A stretch of DNA of 64,000 nucleotides, taken from NCBI RefSeq assembly GCF_006345805.1, contig NC_042998.1:56854001-56918000 (forward strand). The letters are read 5' to 3'. The DNA is from Octopus sinensis. Lineage: Eukaryota. This document shows, piece after piece, positions 1-11,956 of the stretch (its first letter is position 1; the number at the start of each line of letters is the position of its first letter). The notes below the pieces were generated by a model. It was given only the letters and a program-made list of their open reading frames with translations. It had not been told where the DNA came from and ran no database searches. The position numbers and the translations under genes were made by a program.

Positions 1-120
1 AGTTAAATGTTAGATGAGACGGACTAATAAAACCACTCCAGGAATGATGGATTCTAGTTCCTGGTACAATATCTGACAAAGAGACTGGTGTATAACATGA
101 TGATCGCCCACTTTCTAATC
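1..120 (-). CDS. Candidate coding exon of unidentified minus-strand gene (runs off window edge)
   Basis: Minus strand: acceptor atgtgtttgtag|GA TTA GAA. Only the phase-1 frame stays open to the edge (GLESGRSSCYTPVSLSDIVPGTRIHHSWSGFISPSHLTFN); the other two frames stop. Non-repetitive sequence; phase matches the donor at 12406. Confidence 0.45.
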
Positions 121-195
121 CTACAAACACATATTGTACCTGTTGACTCCGAATCGCGAATGCGGTTCTTTGCTTATTTCATACAGTATATATTT

Positions 196-534
196 CTTTA
201 TTGCTCACAAGGGGCTAAACATAGAGGGGACAAACACGGATAGACAAAGGGATTAAGTCGATTACATCGACCCCAGTGTGTAACTGGTACTTTATTTATC
301 GACCCCGAAAGGATGAAAGGCAAAGTCGACCTCGGAGGAATTTGAGCTCACAACGTAACGACAGACGAAATACGGCTACGCATTTCGCCCGGCCTGCTAA
401 CGTTTCTACCAGCTCGCCGCCTTTCTACCAGCTCGCCGCCTTTCTACCAGCTCGCCGCCTTTCTACCAGCTCGCCGCCTTTCTACCAGTTCGCCGCCTTT
501 CTACCAGCTCGCCGCCTTGTCTACCAGCTCGCCA
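196..534 (-). mobile_element. tRNA-headed SINE family A with multimerised 5' head
   Basis: Reverse complement of the family A body (gcctttcatcctttcggggtcgataaa...ctggggtcgatgtaatcgac) and its A-box head ggcggcgagctgg; close to the copy at 990-1238. Confidence 0.85.
403..534 (-). repeat. Tandem array of a 19-bp SINE head unit (6 full copies + 1 partial)
   Basis: Unit tttctaccagctcgccgcc repeats at 403, 422, 441, 460, 479, 498 and partially at 517. Confidence 0.95.
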
Positions 535-989
535 GTATAATCAAAACGATGCACAGAAACATCTTAACACTATAGAGAGACAAAGGACCAAGTGTTTGTT
601 GACGTTTGTTGTTACAGTGATGGAGCTATTACACGCGACTGCAACGTTTAAGTACCATCACTTCCTCACATTTCTCCATCATGAAGGAAGTCTGTCGGAG
701 GAATTAGCTGCAATTTTCCGGTGGCCCACACGGCTGCGTCTTCTGTTGCCCTTGCTCTTTAAGAAGAGCTATTAGTGTTTAAGAAATGGTTGCACGCGGA
801 AACGCTTTCATAGCCACACGCTCACACACACATGTGCACGCACAAATGCACACACATACATATGTAATATATAAAATATACACGTTTATAAATATATATA
901 TATATATTTAAGCATGCGCGCGCGCACGCACAGCATACGCTTCCTGAATTTCACTCCCAAGACTTTAGTTAACGGGAAGCTAGGAAGAA

Positions 990-1238
990 GGCGGCGAGCT
1001 GGCAAAGGCGGCGAGCTGGCAGAATCGCTAGCACGCCGGGCGAAATGCTTAGCAGTATTTCGTCTGCCGTTACGTTCTGAGTTCAAATTCCGCCGAGGTC
1101 GACTTTGCCTTTCATCCTTTCGGAGTCGATTAAATAAGTACCAGTTACGCACTGGGGTCGATGTAATCGACTTAATCCGTTTGTCTGTCCTTGTTTGTTC
1201 CCTCTAAGTTTAGCCCCTTGTGGGTAATAAAGAAATAA
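990..1238 (+). mobile_element. tRNA-headed SINE family A (duplicated head)
   Basis: ggcggcgagctggca occurs twice (990, 1007); B-box-like gagttcaaattcc; conserved central domain; tail ...aagaaataagg. Confidence 0.9.
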
Positions 1239-2036
1239 GGGAAGCTAGGAAAGAAGACACTTACCCAAAATGCTACTCAGCGGAAATGCGGAATCGAAAG
1301 TCAGGATAAGCTTTTGAGAGCCGAGCTTTTTAAGCTAGCGAATATATTTGTGTTATATATGGTTAACTAGTTGACTAATAAAGATAAGAGAAGTGAAATA
1401 GAAGCAGTGTGTGTGTGTATATTACTGGTATAATGAATCTGCTTAGAATTAATAAAGTATGTTTCAACACGAGTTCTTATCCAGAGCCTTACAAACTAAA
1501 TACAAAAACGTGACCTTTATATCAAATGTGCGCACTGCTAGATACTCCGTATATATGTACACACACATACACACACACACACACACACCTACACAAACAC
1601 ACACACGCACACACACACACACACACTCACACACGCATGCACATTCACAAACACGCACATACACACACATACATACAAAACCTCCAGTTGAAATTACTGA
1701 CAAGCACCACAAACGCAACTTTATTTGCATATGCGTGTATACAATACGATAAAGTTGCATGCATACATAATCCCGCATGCACCTGACCATTCTCGGAGAT
1801 TAAAAACAAAATCGACTAATCAACTAAATTTTGATTACAAATGCGCCCGCACGCACATGCATGTGCATACAAATGCAATTTAGATTACTCAAGCACACGT
1901 TTGAAAGGACACCTCTGCCGTACACTCGGCATACATTCAGAGACACCCCGAAGCACGAACACTCAAACACGCATACACCCAACCATGCATGTACCTAAAG
2001 GCATCGCACCAGACGCTTTTTTTACACACTGTGTAT

Positions 2037-2372
2037 AAGTTAAGTTAAGTTAATTTTTTGGCTCAAAAAGCAAAAAGCAAGGCCATGTAGGGGAACATGG
2101 AGTTATGTACAGGGAAGGTGTTCATGCAAAGAGTTCGGGCCATTTCTGGTCAAGAGAGACTTTGAAACGAGCGGTCGTCGGCATCTTCACTATCTCGTCC
2201 GGCAGCTTATTCCACGGATCCGCAACCCGGACGGAGAAAGCCCCTCTCCTTCGATTGAGATGAAATCGTCGCAGATAGAGCTTTACGGAGTGACCCCCGC
2301 AGCCGACGCTCTGGAGCAGGAGTGAAGAACAGCTCTTTCGAGAAATTACACTTTCCGCTTATGATGTTGTGA
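2037..2372 (-). mobile_element. CR1-group LINE 3' end (5'-truncated)
   Basis: Minus translation HNIISGKCNFSKELFFTPAPERRLRG...; near-identical to the 3' part of 32404-32913; (TTAAC)n tail. Confidence 0.85.
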
Positions 2373-2907
2373 TGTGTATTTACACTGCACACATACACAA
2401 GCGCACACAACTCACACATATGTATCATTACCAGCAGATGACATACTTCAACAACACAAAAGTCACATGCACGTTTGCATAAACTTCTACGTATTCTTTG
2501 TGCAAGGACCTATACATTAACACACACCAACTTTTCTGACTCCACACCACAAGGCTGGGATTTTCCAGTGTATAGCTTTTCCATCAGTAATTTTTAATCT
2601 GTCATTCTCCTCTCCACCCCAACATTTTCTTTTGTTTTCTTCTTCAGAAGAACTCATGAAGTATCAAGGACACTATTTATCTTTTATTAAAGTATTAAAC
2701 TAACACCTTATTAATCATAATCTGTCCTTTCCGGTTGATTTTTTTTTCATTATTTTTAAATGGAATGAAATGAAATAAAATTTTAAAAAAAATTAATTTT
2801 TTCCTTTAAGAATTTTTCACAGACGTTTGAGAATTCTTGTGCTTATCCTGGTATTCTCAAGCACTAGTTGAAAAGTTCTTAAATGTAATAACTTAAATAT
2901 TCTACTT

Positions 2908-3500
2908 TATTACCTCCGCCTTACCGATGGCGGAGGTATTGTTTTCAGCTGCGTTTGTTTGTTTGCTGTGGATAAGATAGCTCAAGAACTGCTGGATGGA
3001 TTCGGAGGAAACTTTCAAGGATGTTTAGCCTCGTGATTGGCATGAATTGATTAGATTTTGGGATCGATCCGGTACCGGAGAAGGACGCTGGATTATTTGT
3101 TATATTTACTTTACTTTACATGATTACTATCTTACGTTAACTTTCAAGCCTTTCTCTCTCCCTTTAGACTGTAACTATTTTGAATGGTAAGTTTGTTAAC
3201 TTTGGCTAGTATTAGATAAGGATAAACTATTTATTACTGTTACTACATTTTTTTATAGCCACCTTCACATTCCATGACTACCATTGGGATCAAACAGGTA
3301 CAGGACAAGGATTCTCGATTATTTTTCCGGTTTTTTAACTTAATTTTTGAGAGCGGTCGGGTTCATTTCTAGTATTTTCGTTTGTGAGAGCAGTCGAGTT
3401 TATTTCAGATATTCTCATTTAAAAAATCATCTCTGGCTAATCGTTGAGAGAATGTTGGGTTTGCCTTGGCGGAGGCTTGCGCTCTCTGAGTGCTCTTGTT
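2908..3500 (+). mobile_element. Helentron/DINE-1-like non-autonomous element (HINE-type)
   Basis: 5' ttattACCTCCGCC followed by nearby inverted GGCGGAGGT (2929-2937); subterminal GGCGGAGG at 3468-3475; 3' hairpin gcgctc-tct-gagtgc; T-rich flank. These are the diagnostic terminal features of Helentron-associated elements. Confidence 0.7.
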
Positions 3501-3796
3501 TTATTTTATTTCATTACATTTCATTTCCTTGGAAAATTTGTAGACTTAGTGTACCTGTATATAAATAAACTATGGAAGAATTCCAGAATGTCTGCTGAGT
3601 AACCTTGTTATTACTTCTATACTATTCTGTACATTGACAAAAACGTTACATGTATGAATGTATGTATGTATGTATGTATGTATGTATGTATGTATGTATG
3701 TATGTATGTATGTATGTATTTATACATGCATGCATGTATGTATGTATGTATGTATGTATGTATCTATCTATCTATCTCTATCTATATATATATATC

Positions 3797-4119
3797 TGAG
3801 AACCCCTTCGGTCACGACACAGACCATGGGATTGCACCTAGAAAGTTACCCTCCCAGGCACAAGTCCGGGCAAGGCTGTTTATGGAAGACCAGCAGTCGC
3901 GCATGCATACCGGCCCTCTCCGCGCCACCAGTGTCATCGAAGGGAAAGGCAACAGCAGATACAGATTGGCACCTGTGATGCCGCAACTCATTTTACAGCT
4001 GAGTGAACTGGAACAACGTGAACTAAAGTGTCTTGCTCAAGAACACAACACACAGCCTGGTCCGGGATTCGAGCTCACAACCTCACGATCGTAAGCTCGA
4101 CGCTTTAACCACTGAGCCA
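3797..4119 (-). mobile_element. SINE family C, body type 1
   Basis: Minus strand tRNA-like head atggctcagtggttaaagcg...gagctcgaatcccgg, then CORE-like tgttcttgagcaagacact; second copy at 26398-26722. Confidence 0.85.
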
Positions 4120-4377
4120 TATATATATATATATGTATATATATGTATATGGAAAGAGAAAGAGAGTGAGAGAGAGAAAGCGAGCAATAACAAAAGACGA
4201 TATCAAATACGAAGGACAAATATTCAAGGAGTGTTCACAGTTTATGTGTCAGATATACAGAGATAAATCCAAGGAGGAGGAAAAAGAACGAAGGAAAAGA
4301 CATAAGAAAAAGAACCAGGAAAAACGCAAGTAACTCAAACGTTCAATCACTAGCACCTCCCCCCCCATATATATACT

Positions 4378-4790
4378 CTTTTACTCTTTTACTCTTTTAC
4401 TTGTTTCAGTCATTTGACTGTGGCCATGCTGGAGCACCGCCTTTAATCGAGCAACTCGATCCCGGGACTTATTCTTTTGTAAGCCCAGTACTTATTCTAT
4501 CGGTCTCATTTGCCGAACCGCTAAGTAACGGGGACATAAACACACCAGCATCGGTTGTCAAGCAATGCTAGGGGGACAAACACAGACACACAAACACACG
4601 CACGCATATATATATATATACATATATACGACGGGCTTCTTTCAGTTTCCGTCTACCAAATCCACTCACACGGCTTAGGTCGGCCCGAGGCTATAGTAGA
4701 AGACACTTGCCCAAGGTGCCACGCAGTAGCTCTGAACCTGGAACCATGTGGTTGGTAAACAAGCTACTTACCACACAGCCACTCCTGCGC
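4378..4790 (-). mobile_element. Bipartite SINE family B (CORE-like left part, internal microsatellite, right part)
   Basis: Reverse complement of aggcgcaggagtggctgtgtggtaag...caccttgggcaagtgtcttc...(TA)n(TG)n...ggtgctccagcatggcc...(aaaagagt)n; at least 8 copies in the window. Confidence 0.9.
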
Positions 4791-5427
4791 CTATATATAT
4801 ATATATGTTAGCAAACGACTGGACTATATTTTTGCTTACGATCTACATACATAACGGTAAATCTTACACACCTCTCTCGCTCTCTGTATGTGTGAAATTA
4901 CACATACGCATAGACATATTTACATACAAATAAAAAACGCAGATATACCTACGTAAATGCATGTACAAATCCACACGCGAATATGCGCATATATAGAAAT
5001 GAAAACAGACATCCTCACAAAAAATACAAACACACTCTCATTCAAATATACACGCAAACAGTTACTGGTAAATGCGCAAACACATATGAATACACGCACA
5101 TACAATTATGGCTGCTGCTTAATTACAGTCAGTTATTGTTGGTGTCCTCTTTATGTCCAGTCAACGATGAGTCTCAACCCCAAAACATAATAAACACTTG
5201 GATACATTGCATTTATTCACTGCAGCTAAACATTCATCATCCTACTTCAACACATACTTGCTTTGTGTGTATTGGTGCGTGCATGTGTGTGTGAGTGTGT
5301 GTGTGTGTGTACATAAAAACATACATACATACATGCGCACAAAAACGTGCATGCATATATATACATACATACATATACATACATACATACATATATACAT
5401 ACATGTATGTATATATGTATGTATATA

Positions 5428-5481
<54 letters not shown>

Positions 5482-5494
5482 GGCCTTCGCCATG

Positions 5495-5670
5495 ATAGAT
5501 CACTAGCCACTTCACATACTTTATTTTCTCTCCTTGTTTCTTTCTGTGTTTCTTTCTGTGGAAGAGCGTAGGCTCGAAACGTTAAAGACTTTTTCACTTC
5601 CCGAGCGTTATACTAATACATCTGCTTGTTGTCTACACCACATGTCTTCGTCTTTTGTTTTATTTTTGTG
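5495..5670 (+). mobile_element. Short repeat family F (Penelope-pLTR-like) carrying a hammerhead fold
   Basis: Similar to 56150-56350; contains ctgtggaag-agcgtaggctc-gaaacgt; flanked by (TA)n. Confidence 0.7.
5551..5588 (+). ncRNA. Minimal type I hammerhead ribozyme candidate, U6 core variant
   Basis: Stem I TCTTT/AAAGA; core CTGTGGA plus extra A; stem II GAGC-gtag-GCTC; GAAA; palindromic stem III ACGT; triplet GUU. Confidence 0.55.
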
Positions 5671-5711
5671 AATTCTCCCCCCCCCCTATATATATATATA
5701 TATATATACTA

Positions 5712-5873
5712 CTAATATAGGATGAAGTTTTTTACAGAAAAAATTTCATAAAAAACGTGGCAGCATATTAAAATACTTTTAAGCTTAAAATTATAAACAA
5801 CTTATAAACAAGGGCAAAAGAAAATTAATCAATTGGCATAGAAATTAATTTTCTTTTGCCCTTGTTTATAAGT

Positions 5874-5874
<1 letters not shown>
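5712..5874 (-). mobile_element. Truncated repeat family D with 31-bp fold-back
   Basis: Homologous to 35991-36180 and 39058-39200; perfect inverted arms 5799-5829 / 5844-5874. Confidence 0.75.
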
Positions 5875-5935
<61 letters not shown>

Positions 5936-6179
5936 AACACCACTAATTTATGAATGCACCAGTTCTAATCCTATTAAAGCGAGATCCGATAAAGTGGTGG
6001 ATCATAAAGACTTTTGCTCCAAGCGTTATGATAATTGTTGCTAAAACCAGGGTCTTCAAGACATTATATTGGAGTGTGAATGATCGATTTATTTAAATTT
6101 TTAATTTCGTTAAAACCATTCTCTTGTCAGTGGATCATATTTATCTAGTGAGCTGCACATCTAATATATCGCATTTCCT

Positions 6180-6660
6180 TGTGATAATGAAATCAATTAG
6201 ATACCTACGAACATCGTTTCATGGGAGATAAGATAGGACTGATACTCTACGGAGAAAACTTTTCGCCATAGTTTTCTGTTCAAACTTCTACTAAACGGAA
6301 TAATCTTTTTACTCCTATCTCGTTTAATCTAGACCTTGCAGCTATGTTATAATCAACATTACTAAACTCATCTGTTGTCGTTATGATGGGCATGTTTTCA
6401 ATCTTCGGAGACTGAAAACAACTGAAAGTATTAATTTTTATACTTCTGAGATTGATTGGGCAGATGATAACGTCACCAGGAAATATAGTTATGAAGATCA
6501 ACAAAATATCTCAAACGTATTTCTGAATGCTTATGAACGTTTAGCAATCGAGCTGCATACTGAATTTCATTCAGCGACAATCATAACAGATACGGAAATA
6601 AACACACCAAACATATCAAAGTATATTGACTTTCGTGTAGTTAAAAAAATGATATTTTGA
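6180..6660 (+). pseudogene. Decayed RTE-clade LINE reverse transcriptase fragment
   Basis: Frame from 6361: TKLICCRYDGHVFNLRRLKTTESINFYTSEIDWADDNV, matching the RTE motif DG.LFNLRRL...LFADD. Upstream shifted frame NLFTPISFNLDLAAML resembles GCVLAPTLF. Confidence 0.7.
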
Positions 6661-7199
6661 TGAAGCTGTTATATAAATGCATGGGTATGTCACAACCTGA
6701 GTTCTGCTGTCACACGTAAACTCGGTTTATTATTCACTAAAACTGTATATAAGCACTATATAAGCACTCCAAGATTGAATGGAGAGAGAGGAAGAGAGAG
6801 AGAGAGAGAGTAGGAGAGAGTGAAGAGTGGTATCCTCGAAGTGGAGACCTGGTATGAATGCTTGCAACAAAGTAGTCTCTACTAAAGTCATCCAAGGTGT
6901 CAGGTAGGGTGGTTAAACCGAACTACAGATTTATCCTATCATTCAAGTAGGGCCATCTTAGGATTTGAACTCAGAACGCAAAAACTCGAATCAAATACGA
7001 TAAGGTATCTAATTCGAGGCTTTTATACTGTTGCGCCATCCGCCGCCTTGGAGCGATGGTTTCTTTTTATCGACTTCGAAAGGATGAGAAGCAAAGTTAA
7101 CCTCAGCAAGATTTGAACTCAGTTCGCAGTGAGTCATTCTTTGGGGAAAAAAATGATTTATGCGACATATAGCAAGATTTCAGTCTACGAATAGGTGGC

Positions 7200-7890
7200 A
7201 TTTTCCAGATTTTTCCTCATTACAACTGAATACAGATGAAGCTGCTCAACTAGACTAATGTAATTGTGGTTTATCTGATTTTTGTGAAGGTTTCGACAAA
7301 GTAGATCATAGATTCTGCAAGTTAAGCGATTTCGGAGAAGGGTTACATGATCTTTTAAAAGAAAGCAGTCAAACTACTGTAGCCTATGGGGATATTTCGA
7401 AATACAAAAGTTATGATTGGTATATTCCCTTTTCTTGAGGCTATCACTGCTTTATACAGTTTTGTTAGTAATACCCTCGGCTATAGTTATACGAACACAC
7501 TCTCACTAGATATTCTGATGCTACAAAATGTAAGGCAACCAAAAGCTTCAAATAATTTCAAAAGTCTCCAAAAAGAAACAGTACAATGCAAAATACACAT
7601 AATCGACGATAACAGGCAATTTGATATGAGAAAACTCCAAGCATTATCATTATTAACCAATGAACATATTGCAACCAACACACACACTTGTAGCATTAGC
7701 AGTTGCAATCTCAGTGTTACAATTAATACGTAGGCTGGCGTTGAAAACAAGTAATGGGGCATTGCATCATTTAATGTACATATGCAATGGTATAAATGTA
7801 TAAAAAGATGGTAAAAAAAATTGTTCAGATGGTTGCAGGATGTATTCTGAGAGTATTTAGAACAAAAGAACAAGAAAACATTGTTCTGTA
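7200..7890 (+). pseudogene. Decayed CR1-group LINE RT fragment
   Basis: Remnants DFCEGFDKVDH (cf. DFSKAFDKVDH), LHDLLKESSQT and TKVMIG, with many frameshifts. Confidence 0.6.
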
Positions 7891-8079
7891 AAATACATTA
7901 TCTCGAGCAAAATGGGGCAAAATATGCAACAATATATGCATGCATACAGTATTATATGTATGCATATATGTGCGTATACTATGTTTGCATAAACGTATAT
8001 AAATGTATGTATATACGTAATGGGTGTGTATATGTGTGTATAATATTTATATACATACATACATACATACATACATACA

Positions 8080-8115
<36 letters not shown>

Positions 8116-8136
8116 TATACATACATATATATATAC

Positions 8137-8180
<44 letters not shown>

Positions 8181-8431
8181 TATATATAAATATATATTCA
8201 CACATACATGCATATGCCATATATAGCGTAATACGATGATATCTTCCAAAACATTTAGCTAAGGCAAGCGAAGAGAAGTAAACAAAGAATACTACATCCT
8301 TTTATATGTAGCATAGACAAGTAATAAAGCGCTGTGTGGGAGGATATAAATTAATCAAAATGGAAAATTACTGAAGCAATATGACAGAAATACCATAACC
8401 TCAGTAGTTCACAGTACGGTAGTCTGATTAC

Positions 8432-8559
8432 TATCGTTAGAAATGTGTGCAAGTAGCCTGCACATTAGCATTTCGTTGCACAGACGTTTAGTTGTATTTA
8501 TGGGCAGGGCATTTAACTCGGTTTTTGGGCCACAAAGTTCAGTTGTTAGTCTCCGGTTG
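8432..8559 (-). CDS. Possible coding exon (phase 2 to 1), unplaced
   Basis: Strong acceptor atcttttaactctgcag| after a long pyrimidine tract; one open frame NRRLTTELCGPKTELNALPINTTKRLCNEMLMCRLLAHISND; donor A|gtaatc. Does not join directly to the 12406 donor. Confidence 0.3.
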
Positions 8560-8980
8560 CTGCAGAGTTAAAAGATACATAAGAGTTAGAGAGTGAGTGA
8601 AAGGAAGAAAGGGAATAAAGAAGAAAAAAAATAGAAAAAAGGAAAAGAGATTGTAATATAGAATATGAAAAAAGTAAGAGAGAGAGAGAAAGAGGGGAGG
8701 GAGAGTAAGAAAATGAGAGAGAAAGAATAAGAGAATAGAAGAGAGAGGCCCACTTTTTTTTTTTGTAGACATAAACCCATTTCCCGTTGAAAGGCATTTT
8801 CAAGCAACATTTAAATTGAATATGGTGAAAAAGAAAACTGCGAAGCTGAAATAAACTCAGTTTCATACTTAGTGGATACAGCATTTTCCGAGTATGTGTT
8901 AGTATCTCAAAGAAGATAAAATGGAGTTCAGCAACAAACGTCGAACAGTAATTTCCGCAATATATATATATATATATATA

Positions 8981-9330
8981 GGCCAAAGAAATCGAAGCTA
9001 ATCGTTCAGGCATGAAAATCAAGGATTAGAAAAAGACGAAAACAAAACAAAAATATCCAGCTGCTTACTGATAGACATTGCAGCCCCTTCTGATCAAGAT
9101 ATTGTCCGGAAAGAAGTAGAGAAGTTGTCAAAGTACAAAAATCTAGAAATAGGAGTATTTAAGATGTGGGGGTATGAAGGTGAAAACAATACTAGTAATA
9201 ATTAGAGTTTTGGTTACGATAAAAATACGTATGAACCAAAACGTAGAAGCTATACCTGGACCCTCAACACTGTACACTATCCAAAGGTAGCACACATCCT
9301 ACGCAAGACACTATCAATTCGACAGTACAG
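8981..9330 (+). pseudogene. R4/Dong-type non-LTR retrotransposon, RLE endonuclease C-terminal fragment
   Basis: KEIEANR..., CLLIDIAAPSDQDIVRKEVEKLSKYKNLEI..KMWG and ...HILRKTLSI match the PD-(D/E)xK restriction-like endonuclease region. Confidence 0.8.
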
Positions 9331-9687
9331 TCCAAATAATACGAACCACAGACACAAGACACACTCCATATAGTAAATATCAAATAAAATAAACAAACCC
9401 TACATGTACTCTACAGGTTGGATATCCAACAAAACACATCTCGCATTACACACAAAACACATAATACAAACACTAATGCAACAAAAGACTCCAGACAATG
9501 CCCATGACAAAAACTAATGCCATACAATACTAGAAAGAGTTTGTAGTCCCCCCCCTCCCGAAAAACAAGAACAACAATTCTGCACACGCTCGAGCAAGTC
9601 GAAGGTGTAGCAGGGAAGACAGTAGAAATTTGCCTGAAACTATCAAATGACGAATTATAATAATAATAATAATGATTATAATAATAA

Positions 9688-10244
9688 ATGCTCTGATGCA
9701 GTACCAGGCAGTGGCTCTCATGGCTTCTGATCTTAACTGATTGGAAGTCTTAACATGTACCTTGTTTTGTCTTGGTATAAAAGATGTGCTACAGCAAATA
9801 TTCTGTTCAATACCACAGATTTGCTTGTCAGTTGCTTGACCATAACCAGTTGAGCATGTCCCTCAGTGGCTGACGATATGTACATCTCTAATCACGAGCA
9901 GAAGTAGTGGGCGAGCATCATAGCCGTGTGTTGAGAGGGATTGTTTGGGGTTTGAATAATTCACCTCTGGAAACATGGGTGTTTCGTTCAACATCCTTAA
10001 ACAACCCTTATTCAGGGACCTTTTAAGCGGGATGGGTTACTCGACCAGAAGAAAATTCTAACTGGGCCCTACCTACAAGGTCATGTGCTGTTTATCTTGA
10101 TATGAGATCACCATGTCGCGCACACATGGTTGTTATGCATGTGCCTAGTGTACCCTTATCAGACTGGTAGTCATGATGGGTATACTGAACTTCGTATATT
10201 TTACCCCAGTGTCACTTTGATGGCATGCACTGCTCTCTCACTCA
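9688..10244. mobile_element. Unclassified ~560-bp non-coding interspersed element bounded by (AAT)n on both sides
   Basis: Complex non-coding sequence with sharp borders at (AAT)n tracts 9657-9687 and 10245-10263; no tRNA head recognised; single copy in the window. Confidence 0.5.
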
Positions 10245-10261
10245 ATAATAATAATGATAAT

Positions 10262-10455
10262 AATAGTCTTTTCTACTATAGGCACAAGGGCAGCCATTTT
10301 TGGGGAGGGGATAAGTTGATTACATCGACCTCAGTGTTTCACTGATACCTAATTTATCGACCCCGGCGGAATTTGAACTAAGAACATAAGAACGGATGAA
10401 ATGCAGCTAAGTATTTTGTCCGGCTTGCTAACGAGTCTGCCAGCCCACCGCCTTA
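10262..10455 (-). mobile_element. SINE family A, (ATT)n-tailed subtype
   Basis: Reverse complement of family A head and central domain; alternative 3' end ...cccttgtgcctatagtagaaaagactattatt. Confidence 0.8.
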
Positions 10456-10460
10456 GCTTA

Positions 10461-11912
10461 GAAAAATGTGCCAAAGGAATCTTGAAAAGAGGAAAACTAG
10501 TTAACAGTAGCAACATTACATTAGATAAAGCAAAGGAAATAAGAGAATTAGACCAAAACCAGACATAGAAATACTTAGTAATCAATGAACTAGATACGAT
10601 ACAACACACACAGATGAAGGAGAAGGTAAATAAGGAATGCTATAGACGAGTCAGATTAATGCAGAAAACAGAGCTCAATGCAAAAAACAAGACAATAGAT
10701 AACAACACTCTCGCCGTCCTAGTTATAAGTTACAGCTAACTGGACTCTAAATGAACTAATCAAAATAGACAGTAAAACAAGAAAAATAATCACAGGATTT
10801 AGGATGCACCACCCAAAATCTGACATAGAAAGATTATATTATACAACGTAGGTGGCAGAGGCCTTATACAGCTAAAAAAAAAAAACTATTACAAAATAAG
10901 CACCTACTTCAAAAGCAAGAAATACCTACTTCAGAAATACGTACTTCAGAAGCAAGAAAAACTAATACAAATAGCCACAAAACACGAACAAAACGAAAAG
11001 CTGTTGTCAGTCTTTAAGGAAGCTGGCAAATACAGAAAAGAAGTCATAGTATCCAACAACTATGAAGAAAAAGTAGAAACAACAAAAGCTGTAAAACAAC
11101 TGAAATCCAAATTAAAACTGGAACAGCAACAGATCGTGATAAAACGACGGCAAGTAAAAGCTCCTTCATGGCAAATATTGGGTTAAAGCAATCAGAAAAG
11201 AAATAGACAAAGAAAATACTAACAGTGGCTGAGAAGCCCAGGTTTCAAAGCAGAGACTGAAGTATTTTAATTGCAACACAAGATCAAAGCCTTCCCACTA
11301 GAAATCATCAGAATATATAATAAAAAGAAAAATACAAGTAACTGCGGAATATGTGGAGATGGAGAAGAAACAATAAATCATTTTAGTCCTAGCTAAGAAG
11401 GAATATGTTCACAGACACGATAGAGTTGCGACCTATATATACTGGAAGCTATGCCAACGCTATGGAATAACAAAAGAAAAAAAGATGGTATAGGAACACG
11501 CCACACAAGGTCATAGAAAATGGTAAAGTAATCATACTTTGGGATATGCCAACACAGATAGAAAAATTAAGGCCAATAGGCTGGATATAGTTATTAGAGA
11601 TCACCAAGAAAAAGATGCTTTCTAATCGATGTATCAATACCAAAAGATGACAATGTTTCTCTAAAAGAAATGGAGAAACTTTCAAAATACAAGGATCTGG
11701 AAATAAAGTTAACTTGAATGTGGAACCTAGAAGCAGAAACAATTCCTATCATAGTAGGCGCATTAGGAATGATAAATATTCAGACAAATACATAACAAAA
11801 ACACCAGGGCTTACAAGTATATATAACATACAGAAAATATCACATTACAACAAACTGCAGCATATGTCCAAGGCACACAGAGCTGCGCTCGGTAGTGCAG
11901 TGAAAACACGTG

Positions 11913-11956
<44 letters not shown>
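10461..11956 (+). mobile_element. R4/Dong-type non-LTR retrotransposon, 5'-truncated, (TAA)n tail
   Basis: EKCAKGILKRGK..., RMHHPKSDIERLY, zinc-knuckle remnant CGICGDGEETINH, HRHDRVA, IILWDMP, ANRLDIVI, FLIDVSIP..EKLSKYKDL, IPIIVGALG; stops and frameshifts; ends in (TAA)n at 11913-11956. Confidence 0.9.

Noticed and set aside
403-534. Regularly spaced 19-bp repeats resembling a CRISPR array
   Set aside because: Head-to-tail units with no spacers, identical to the SINE head, in a eukaryotic context.
670-756. Minus-strand exon-like segment ARATEDAAVWATGKLQLIPPTDFLHDGE (phase 2/2)
   Set aside because: Not phase-compatible with the open frame of the 1-120 exon; kept only as a reminder that chance candidates occur.
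276-1207. Recurrent MRNWYLF.../LGGQTQTH... ORFs, also at 12023, 24222, 40017, 53497 and 59850
   Set aside because: They recur because they are read through SINE families A and B, which are non-coding.
2432-2509. 78-nt minus-strand exon-like segment
   Set aside because: The phase-1 frame needed to fit the chain contains a stop, and the acceptor is mediocre.
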